Positions 1 through 7,813 of a DNA stretch of 64,000 bases are shown one piece after another (positions within the stretch are counted from its first letter, which is position 1; each line of letters starts with the position of its first letter). Both the position numbers and the translations under genes were made by a program. The DNA lies in IMG/VR virus record IMGVR_UViG_3300009164_004014, positions 824 through 64,823 of that record; one strand, 5' to 3'. The notes under the pieces were generated by a model. The model saw nothing but the letters and a program-made list of their open reading frames with translations, had not been told where the DNA came from and searched no databases. The stretch is from a virus. Its lineage: Duplodnaviria > Caudoviricetes.

Positions 1-464
1 ACTTTAACATGAACCATATCATCTACTTCAGCTTTAGTGGTTACATCTTCTAAATCAGCAAAGATTTCATCTGGGTCAGTTTCATCAAATTCAAAGATAT
101 CCTTTGCTGTTTTCTTTTTAACTGTTTTGCGGGGAACTTTTGGGGCTACCGGGACATGATCCCAATTCATTACACGAAATACTAAATCTGTTACAGGGAT
201 AGATTCTGGATCAACACTATCTTTAACCCCTGCTTCTAAACTTAATCTAGTTGCCCTAGTTTCTTTTGCTTGTTGAATTGTTTCGGGTTTAAATGCGTAT
301 TCTAAACTTTCTTCAATAGAAGATTGGGGCATATCCACAATAAAATCGTATCTATGATATTCTGGTTTTGCAAAATGACAGTATGCATTTTTGCTTTCGT
401 GTATCTCTTTTAGTATATCTTTGTTATTTAAATAATTGACGGGTTTTCTTGAGGGTAATGACAT
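1..464 (-). CDS. gp55: T4 gp55-like late-transcription sigma factor (runs off left edge; absent from ORF track)
   Basis: Manual translation from ATG at 464: MSLPSRKPVNYLNNKDILKEIHESKNAYC..., open to the window edge. AAGGAG SD upstream. NYLNNKDIL resembles the gp55 N-terminal NYVNNK motif, and T4-type late promoters occur throughout the window. Confidence 0.7.
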   Translation of the reverse strand, partial: MSLPSRKPVNYLNNKDILKEIHESKNAYCHFAKPEYHRYDFIVDMPQSSIEESLEYAFKPETIQQAKETRATRLSLEAGVKDSVDPESIPVTDLVFRVMNWDHVPVAPKVPRKTVKKKTAKDIFEFDETDPDEIFADLEDVTTKAEVDDMVHVK

Positions 465-496
465 AGGTCTCCTTGAGTTATAGTTATGCTGTAGTG

Positions 497-525
497 AGTA
501 TAGCATAATGGTTGCAGAAAAGCAA
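497..525 (-). promoter_or_regulatory. Sigma70-type promoter for the sigma-factor gene
   Basis: Minus strand reads TTGCTT-17 nt-TATACT with an extended -10 TG (TGcTATACT), about 30 nt upstream of ATG 464. Confidence 0.6.
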
Positions 526-559
526 CATATTTTATGTAGAAAAGGTAAAATACTAGTAT

Positions 560-576
560 TATTTATCGACTAAATA
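560..576. promoter_or_regulatory. Back-to-back late promoters (TATTTA tcgac TAAATA)
   Basis: TAAATA on minus (560-565) and plus (571-576) strands between divergent genes; matches the core of the T4 late promoter TATAAATA. Confidence 0.65.
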
Positions 577-599
577 GTGTATAAGGATAAGAATAATAT

Positions 600-2321
600 A
601 TGCCATCATATTCTAGTGTAAACATCCCGCTTACGGGTTTTGCCGTTGACGTAACTCTGAATACAACATCAAACGAGATAACCATCTATGTTTCGGGCCC
701 AAACGGAAAAACCGCAGAGGCAACACAACCCTATCCCGGTGCGGCTAATAGCGCATCTTTTCCTGCATTGTTGTCACAACTTCAAGCCTCTGGCGCATTG
801 CCAGCAGGTAGCAATCCCCCCGGAGCCACAGCCATTTACAATGCGGTTAGGTCTACAGTTGACGCAGCAGTGGCGCAGGCGGATAGGGCAGAAAAAGCAG
901 CAAGAGCGACCGGTACCCCGGTAGCACAAAATCCAGCACCCCCTCCAGGTACTAACAACGCAACTAATCCTGCAGTCCCGCCGGCAGCAAACAATACTCC
1001 GCCGGTAGAAAATCCTAAACCCGCAACAGTTACGCCTCCGGTCGTAGATGAACTATCTGCATTCCCACCAAACACAGTAGCGCAACAATCTACTGAGATA
1101 GATGAAGAATCCGCATATCCGGAAAACCCAGTGGGTCAATTACCAAGCGGAGTGGATGAAGAATCTGCTTACCCGCCGGCTACAGTAGCACAACGATCAA
1201 CCGAAATAGATGAAGAATCTGCTTACCCTCCAAACACAGTAGCACAACGATCAACCGAAATAGATGAAGAATCTGCATATCCACCGAACCCAGTAGATCA
1301 AGTACAGCCCGAAATAGATGAACTATCTGCATATCCGCCAAACACAGTAGCACAACGATCAACCGAAATAGATGAAGATTCTGCATATCCACCAAATCCA
1401 GTAGATGTTGCTGCAAAGGCACAGTTATTAGCAGGTGTTGGTAGGACTGCCCCTGGAGAAGCACTAAAGGGATTGACGGCTCAACAATTAAACACTAATT
1501 CGCAAGCTACACAACAAGACACCTCTAATTTTGCTCAGAAAAAAGATTGGCGTGTAAAATTAAGTTTAGCTCCGGGGGCCACTTACTTGTATAAAAATGC
1601 TAATCCAGGCATATTGGCGCCACTTCAAGCAACCAATGGAGTTATATTCCCGTATACTCCTGCAATCACTGTGGCATATAATGCAAGTTATGACCCCACT
1701 GATCTAACTCACAGTAATTATAAATATTTCACATATAGAGGTAGCGCAGTAGATTCAATATCATTGGGCTGTGAATTTACAGCACAAGATACTACTGAAG
1801 CAGCATATCTATTAGCAGTAATACACTTCTTTAAATCAGTTACTAAAATGTTTTATGGACAAGATAAAAATCCCATTGCAGGTACACCTCCCCCGTTGTG
1901 TTATCTAACTGGATTAGGTACATTTCAATTTGATAATCATCCATTGGTAATAACTAGTTTTACCTACACACTACCTGTAGATGTTGATTATATTCAAACA
2001 AGTGGTAGTTCTCCTCCCGGAGTCAACACTGCACCAGGACAATCTAAAGGTTCACCAAATGCAGATCCGGGTAGTAGCAGACGGGACGCAGGAGGATTAA
2101 ACACAGGTGCTGTAGCCTCTCCCCCTAATTTCACTCCAAATACAGGCGCTGCTTCAGGGGGTGCATCAGATCCTACGTATGTCCCTACAAAAATGCAAAT
2201 AACAATTGGTGCGGTTCCAATCGTCACTCGTGCTGATATTAGTAACACATTTAGTTTAGAAAAATATGCAACGGGCGAACTACTAAGAGGAAGTCAACGC
2301 AAAGGCGGAGGAATTTGGTAA
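600..2321 (+). CDS. Baseplate tail-tube initiator/cap-like protein (gp48/gp54-like) with long Pro-rich, repeat-containing N-terminal extension
   Basis: 573-aa ORF. C-terminal domain WRVKLSL...GVIFPYTP...THSNY...GTPPPLCYL...PLVITSFTYTLPVDVDYI looks like a tube-fold baseplate protein. Lies directly upstream of a gp53-like gene. Confidence 0.6.
   Translation: MPSYSSVNIPLTGFAVDVTLNTTSNEITIYVSGPNGKTAEATQPYPGAANSASFPALLSQLQASGALPAGSNPPGATAIYNAVRSTVDAAVAQADRAEKAARATGTPVAQNPAPPPGTNNATNPAVPPAANNTPPVENPKPATVTPPVVDELSAFPPNTVAQQSTEIDEESAYPENPVGQLPSGVDEESAYPPATVAQRSTEIDEESAYPPNTVAQRSTEIDEESAYPPNPVDQVQPEIDELSAYPPNTVAQRSTEIDEDSAYPPNPVDVAAKAQLLAGVGRTAPGEALKGLTAQQLNTNSQATQQDTSNFAQKKDWRVKLSLAPGATYLYKNANPGILAPLQATNGVIFPYTPAITVAYNASYDPTDLTHSNYKYFTYRGSAVDSISLGCEFTAQDTTEAAYLLAVIHFFKSVTKMFYGQDKNPIAGTPPPLCYLTGLGTFQFDNHPLVITSFTYTLPVDVDYIQTSGSSPPGVNTAPGQSKGSPNADPGSSRRDAGGLNTGAVASPPNFTPNTGAASGGASDPTYVPTKMQITIGAVPIVTRADISNTFSLEKYATGELLRGSQRKGGGIW
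1044..1421 (+). repeat. 7 x 54-bp in-frame tandem repeat (18 aa, IDEESAYPPNTVAQRSTE-like)
   Basis: Units start every 54 nt from 1044 to 1368, with core GATGAA(G/C)..TCTGC.T..CC. Confidence 0.95.
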
Positions 2322-2629
2322 TGGCAAATAATTTATACCCGGCAACAAGCCCATACTATTTTAGTGATATAGTTAATAATAACTTTTTAGATGTTATGAT
2401 TAATAGACCTATCCCTATGCAACCATCTGATATATATTGGGAGATTACAGTTGCCTATCAATATAGACCTGACTTGTTAGCATATGACTTATATAGTGAT
2501 AGTAGATTATGGTGGGTATTTGCAAGCAGAAATCCAAACAGATTAAAAGATCCTTACTTTGATTTTGTTGCTGGGGTGGGTATATACTTGCCTAAACAAG
2601 ATTTGTTATCATCAGTGTTAGGTATATAA
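2321..2629 (+). CDS. gp53: Baseplate wedge subunit, gp53/LysM-like
   Basis: YQYRPDLLAYDLYSDSRLWWVFASRNP motif. ATG at 2321 overlaps the upstream TAA (TAATG). Confidence 0.8.
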   Translation: MANNLYPATSPYYFSDIVNNNFLDVMINRPIPMQPSDIYWEITVAYQYRPDLLAYDLYSDSRLWWVFASRNPNRLKDPYFDFVAGVGIYLPKQDLLSSVLGI

Positions 2630-2630
2630 G

Positions 2631-5600
2631 ATGTCAGCAGCGTTAGACCTTTTACAGCAACAAGCAAATGAAATAGATGCTGCACTTGCTGCCTTTAGCC
2701 CAGTAGTTCAATCAGTAACAGAAAGACTGAATGCAGTTGATCCAAAAGATCCAAAAGCATTAGAACAAATTGCTGCCATACAAGCAGAATATAAAGCAGC
2801 CAGAGACATATATGTAGGTATAGTAAAGCCATTGTTTACTACTATGGCACAAGAAGTTAATGCATTACCGACTGATGAAAGAGCAGCAGGATCAGCAATA
2901 TATGAAGCTGCTGTAGCACGTAACGATGCTACCAGTGCACTGGCAAAGGTTTATACCACATCTAGAGATGCAAAAAAAGTTGAAGCACAAGCAGCAGTAG
3001 ATGCTAAAAACAAAGAAGTAGAAGCTAACGCTGCTAAAACTCCAGAACAAACTGACCAACAAAATAAACAATATGCTGCTGGGGGAGGAGCCCAAGACGA
3101 TAAAAGTAATCCTCCTCAAGCAGGACAAACTAATAACACATCAACCAGTAATACTTCTCCAGGACTACCTACTCCTGCAGTTGCGACACCTACAACACAA
3201 GCAGCATCACAGGCAGCTCCCGTAGAATTGGATCCTGTAACTATTACTGGTAAAAGAATAGATAATAAATTACCAGGCAAACGATTAGAAAATCCATTGA
3301 GTAATTTTAGTAGCTACACATACAAAATATCATTGTATATGATAACTCCTGATGCATATGAAGCATTTGTATCATCTGGTAGAAAAAACTTAAATGCTAT
3401 ATATAATATATCTGCTGACGGGGAAAAGGCAACGGCTAAAGCTAACGAACAATCAGCAAGAGATTTAACCACAAGTAACAACGCTCCCTCAGTACTGAGG
3501 GGAATGGGGGGAGGTCCGCCTGCTTCATCTTCATCTTCTGCTAAACCAGTAAAACAAGGTGGTGCATATTTAATTGCTCAAAGTGGGGGAATTAATAACT
3601 CATTTGAAAAACGTGCCCCTAATTTTGATTTAGATTTTTATATTGATGACTTGAAAATTACTCAGGCAATTTCAGGCAAAGATGTTCAAGGTCCCACGAA
3701 TGTAACTGAATTTTCTTTTACCATAACAGAACCGTACGGGTTCTCATTATTAACAAAATTAAGATTGGCTCAAAATGAATTAGCTGCTAATACTAATAGT
3801 AAAAATTTTCCATTAGTTCAAAATCCGGGTAGGCAAATGTTTATATTAGGTATTAGATTTTTAGGATATGATAAAGATGGAAATGTAATAGACCCCTCTA
3901 AAATTCCTGGTTTTGATGGAAATCCAGAAGGAAATGCGTTTGGATTATACGAAAGATATTATGATATACTGATCAGAGATTTGAAATTTAAAATAACAGG
4001 TAAACCAACTGTTTATAATATTCTTGCTAAAAGTGCCGGAGAAGTAGTTGGATTTGGATCAAAGTTTTCTACAGTATGGTATGATACCCCAATAGTAGCA
4101 AATAATGTATATAATGCATTAATGGGTGGAGCAGGTGCAGGACTTAAACCTAATGAAAATCCTAATACTGCCCCTGCAACAGGTGCAGGCGCAATGGTTG
4201 GGTTATTATCAAAATTAAATTATGATCAACAACAATTAGTAGGTAAAGGTGGGGTTACGATCCCCAGAGAATATACTGTAACATTTATTGGGCCTGATTC
4301 TGATTATATAAAAGATGCTTCTTTAATTAGTAATGCTGATATAGATTTTAGAAAAATGCCTACCTCTACTGCAACAAAAACTTCAGAATCTACCATAGCT
4401 ATTGCATTAGCTAATGGTAATCCGGATACTACATTAAGAACCATAAAAATAGCACAAGGCACACCTATAATTCAAGCTATTTCAGATATTATAAAACAAA
4501 GTCAATATATGGAAGATGCATTAGCTGCAATTGATCAAACTAGTTTAACTCCTGATGAAGATAAAAAATCTAGTGTACAGCAACCCACCGAAAAACCACG
4601 TAGACTTAATTGGTTTTCAATAACTGCCGAAGTAACAAATTTGGGATGGGACCCAAATCAAGGTGATTTTTCATATAAAATTAATTATATTATCCAAGAA
4701 TATTTAACTCCTGTCGTAGTTGCGGCTTCCGCTTCAAATCTTAGTCCATATTATGGGCCACACAAAAGATATAACTATTGGTATACTGGAAAAAACTCAG
4801 AGGTAATAAGTTACGAACAAAATTTGGATTACACATTTTATAATGTGACACTAAATGGATTTGGTGTTAATGATGTTGCACAAGGGGGTGCTGCTGATAT
4901 ACCAATGTCTGTTGGACAACCACAGGGACAACCTGATCAGGGTAGAATAAATGAAGGTATGGAAGCACAAAATATGTATATGAATAGTTTGTTCTCTACA
5001 AAAGATTTTGGAAATGTTAAAATTAAAATTTTAGGTGATCCTGATTTTTTAATGCAACCTACCCCTAGTAGCATAAATTCTTTATATAACAGATATTATG
5101 GAACTGATGGATATACAGTTAATCCAAATGGCGGTATGGTTTTTATTGAGATTAATTTTAAAGAACCAAAAGATTATAATAATCAAAAAGGTACAATGAA
5201 TATTAATGACTCAATCAAATTTTTTAATTATCCAGATTCTATACAAAAGGGCATTGATAGTCGGGGCGGCGGAGTTAGTCTAATGGTAAAAACAGTAGTA
5301 AGCACTTTTAGTAAAGGTAAATTTGAACAAGATTTAAATTGTTCTTTAAACACATTTGGCGACCCTGGAAAAAAATCTACAGAAGATGGTAGTGATAATA
5401 GATTTGCACGACAAGGAACACCTACTGCTACTGGTTCAGCGGATCGTAGTGGTACAACAGGCGTAGCACCAACTGCAAATGCTGTGGGATCCGCATCTGG
5501 TACTGGGTTTTCTGCAAGCGCCGCAGGACTACCTAGTGCATCAACTTTTTTAGATCCGGCACAAAGAGCACAATTGGCATCACTTAACTCCGTAGGAAGT

Positions 5601-5741
5601 ATCAACAATGTAATGGATCCAATGCAAAGAATGCAGCAAAATCAAAGTATAACAATACTTACTAAATCTGGACCAGTTGCAGACGGTGAAGCAGGAACTC
5701 CCACAACAGCTACATCACCTACTATTTTTGGTAGAGGATAA
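2631..5741 (+). CDS. Baseplate hub protein (gp27-like) with helical N-terminus and low-complexity linkers
   Basis: 1036 aa, positioned between gp53-like and gp5-like genes. Motifs NPLSNFSSYTY, FTITEPYG, KILGDPDFL, STFSKGKFEQDL. Confidence 0.55.
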   Translation: MSAALDLLQQQANEIDAALAAFSPVVQSVTERLNAVDPKDPKALEQIAAIQAEYKAARDIYVGIVKPLFTTMAQEVNALPTDERAAGSAIYEAAVARNDATSALAKVYTTSRDAKKVEAQAAVDAKNKEVEANAAKTPEQTDQQNKQYAAGGGAQDDKSNPPQAGQTNNTSTSNTSPGLPTPAVATPTTQAASQAAPVELDPVTITGKRIDNKLPGKRLENPLSNFSSYTYKISLYMITPDAYEAFVSSGRKNLNAIYNISADGEKATAKANEQSARDLTTSNNAPSVLRGMGGGPPASSSSSAKPVKQGGAYLIAQSGGINNSFEKRAPNFDLDFYIDDLKITQAISGKDVQGPTNVTEFSFTITEPYGFSLLTKLRLAQNELAANTNSKNFPLVQNPGRQMFILGIRFLGYDKDGNVIDPSKIPGFDGNPEGNAFGLYERYYDILIRDLKFKITGKPTVYNILAKSAGEVVGFGSKFSTVWYDTPIVANNVYNALMGGAGAGLKPNENPNTAPATGAGAMVGLLSKLNYDQQQLVGKGGVTIPREYTVTFIGPDSDYIKDASLISNADIDFRKMPTSTATKTSESTIAIALANGNPDTTLRTIKIAQGTPIIQAISDIIKQSQYMEDALAAIDQTSLTPDEDKKSSVQQPTEKPRRLNWFSITAEVTNLGWDPNQGDFSYKINYIIQEYLTPVVVAASASNLSPYYGPHKRYNYWYTGKNSEVISYEQNLDYTFYNVTLNGFGVNDVAQGGAADIPMSVGQPQGQPDQGRINEGMEAQNMYMNSLFSTKDFGNVKIKILGDPDFLMQPTPSSINSLYNRYYGTDGYTVNPNGGMVFIEINFKEPKDYNNQKGTMNINDSIKFFNYPDSIQKGIDSRGGGVSLMVKTVVSTFSKGKFEQDLNCSLNTFGDPGKKSTEDGSDNRFARQGTPTATGSADRSGTTGVAPTANAVGSASGTGFSASAAGLPSASTFLDPAQRAQLASLNSVGSINNVMDPMQRMQQNQSITILTKSGPVADGEAGTPTTATSPTIFGRG

Positions 5742-5750
5742 TACTTTAGG

Positions 5751-5756
5751 TAAATA
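5751..5756 (+). promoter_or_regulatory. Late promoter TAAATA, 4 nt before ATG (probable leaderless start)
   Basis: TAAATA-atat-ATG(5761), with no SD in between. Confidence 0.6.
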
Positions 5757-5760
5757 ATAT

Positions 5761-7812
5761 ATGGCAACAGATGATTTTAAAGCAAAAGGACAAGCAAAGT
5801 CAACAAAACCTGACGCAGGTGGCGGGGTCATACGTTCTGTGCCAGTACTTGGTGTAGTAAAAAATAATATTGATGCTACACGAGCAGGCAGAATAGATGT
5901 TTACATTTCAGACTTTGGTGCACCAGATCCTAATGCAAAAAGTAGTTGGATAACAGTAAGTTACTTAAGTCCTTTTATGGGCAACACCCCTGCGTCAGGT
6001 GGAAGCAAAAATACCGAGTATGGAAGTTTCACTAGTAACCCAAGTTCATATGGTATGTGGTATAGCGCGCCGGACATAGGTAGCACGGTAGTTTGTATTT
6101 TTATTAATGGTGATGTTAACTATGGATACTATATTGGTGGAGTATTAACTCCGCCGCTATTGCAAATGGTGCCGGCTATAGGAACTTCAGATAATGTAAC
6201 ATTAAATTCTGGAGAAGCAGGGGGATATGGTGGCTCAGGAAAATTACCTGTATCTAACTTAAACACCAATAATCCAAACGCAGCTTCTAACTTAAATTAT
6301 TTGAGTGCTGCAAAACCTGTACATAGTTATTCGGCTGCAATATATCAACAACAGGGATTACTTAGAGATCCAATAAGAGGGCCAGTGTCATCAAGTGCAT
6401 TAAGAGAAACTCCATCAAGAGTTGGATGGGGAGTAAGTACACCGGGTAGACCTATATTTCAAGGTGGGTACACAGATAGTACTATATTAGATAATTTAAA
6501 ATCTTCTCCAGAATCTTTAAAAATAATTGGTAGACGCGGCGGACATACACTAGTTATGGACGACGGCGACGTGACAGGAAACGACCAAATGATACGCCTT
6601 AGAACTTCATTGGGTCATCAAATATTAATGAGTGATAATGGACAAACTTTATTCATCATTCATAGCAATGGTCAAAGTTATATTGAGTTAGGAAAAGAAG
6701 GTACAATTGACATGTACTCTACCAATAGTGTTAATATTAGAACACAGGGAGATTTAAATTTACATGCAGATAATAATATCAATATCAATGCTAAAAAAGA
6801 TTTAAACATTGCTGCAAATAACATAAACATTAATGCAGCTACTGATTTTAAATATAGAGTAGGTGGAAATTATAGTGGTTATACTTTGGGAAAATATACT
6901 ATTAAAGTGAATGGAGCAATGAGTATGGCAGCGGGAGGAGAGGGTTCTTATGCTAGTGCAAATGATATGTATATCAACGGCAGTAAGATTTATTTAAATA
7001 CCGGCGCCACCTCTGTAACACCTGCTGAAGTTCCTTTGATACCACAGACCGCACATACTGACACATTGGGAGATGCAAAGAAAGGATTTGCAGCAGCACC
7101 GGGTCTTCTTTTGTCAATCGTTAGTCGAGCACCTGCACACGCACCATGGGCTAGTTCAGGGCAGGGAGTTGATGTAAAAGTATCTACCAGTGCTAGTGCA
7201 GCACTACCTGCTGCTCCTTCGCCCGCTGTTGATTCAACCAATAGTGCAAGTAGTACTGCTCCTGCTACACAAACTAGTCCAGCAGTATCGTCTACTGTCC
7301 CCGGTAGCAACAAATTAAGTGATGCAATTAACCCAGGAGTAGCTTCAGCATTAGTAAGTAGTGCCGCAGTTGGTGCAGCAGCTTCAGCTGCCAGTGTTGT
7401 AAACGGCGGAAGTGGGGTCGTATCAGGTCTTACTGGTCAACTTAATGCAGCAGTAGGCTCACTCGCACTATCACCAGATCAAATGAGTAGTGTATTAAAA
7501 CCTGGAGCAGCATCATTGGTTACAGGATTAGTACAAGGTGGTGCAAGTGTGCAATCAGCATTAACTGATAATTTATTCAAAGGTGCACCCGGAGCAGAAA
7601 ACTTAAGTTCATTTATACAAAATACCGGTGCTCAAATTGGTGCTCAAGTTGATAATTTTCAAAAGGCACAGACAGGCTTAACAAATGCAGGATTAATAAC
7701 AGGTAATGAATCAGCCGGGGCAATTGCAGGTTTAGTTAATGCAGCAGCCACAGTAGGGTTAAAAGATACAACTGCTTTTATAAAAAATTCAGCAAACACG
7801 TTAGGGGGATAA
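5761..7812 (+). CDS. gp5: Baseplate central spike, gp5/VgrG-like (OB fold + beta-helix + C-terminal extension)
   Basis: GVVKNNIDATRAGRIDVYI, SYGMWYSAPDIGSTVVCIFINGD, GGHTLVMDDGD..IRLRTSLGHQILMSD, then beta-helix-like NINI repeats. Confidence 0.8.
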   Translation: MATDDFKAKGQAKSTKPDAGGGVIRSVPVLGVVKNNIDATRAGRIDVYISDFGAPDPNAKSSWITVSYLSPFMGNTPASGGSKNTEYGSFTSNPSSYGMWYSAPDIGSTVVCIFINGDVNYGYYIGGVLTPPLLQMVPAIGTSDNVTLNSGEAGGYGGSGKLPVSNLNTNNPNAASNLNYLSAAKPVHSYSAAIYQQQGLLRDPIRGPVSSSALRETPSRVGWGVSTPGRPIFQGGYTDSTILDNLKSSPESLKIIGRRGGHTLVMDDGDVTGNDQMIRLRTSLGHQILMSDNGQTLFIIHSNGQSYIELGKEGTIDMYSTNSVNIRTQGDLNLHADNNININAKKDLNIAANNININAATDFKYRVGGNYSGYTLGKYTIKVNGAMSMAAGGEGSYASANDMYINGSKIYLNTGATSVTPAEVPLIPQTAHTDTLGDAKKGFAAAPGLLLSIVSRAPAHAPWASSGQGVDVKVSTSASAALPAAPSPAVDSTNSASSTAPATQTSPAVSSTVPGSNKLSDAINPGVASALVSSAAVGAAASAASVVNGGSGVVSGLTGQLNAAVGSLALSPDQMSSVLKPGAASLVTGLVQGGASVQSALTDNLFKGAPGAENLSSFIQNTGAQIGAQVDNFQKAQTGLTNAGLITGNESAGAIAGLVNAAATVGLKDTTAFIKNSANTLGG

Positions 7813-7813
7813 T

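Noticed and set aside
1044-1421. Possible CRISPR array (conserved core plus variable segment, 54-nt period)
   Set aside because: The period is a multiple of 3 and in frame within a CDS, core differences are mostly at synonymous positions, the 'spacers' repeat each other, and no cas genes are present.
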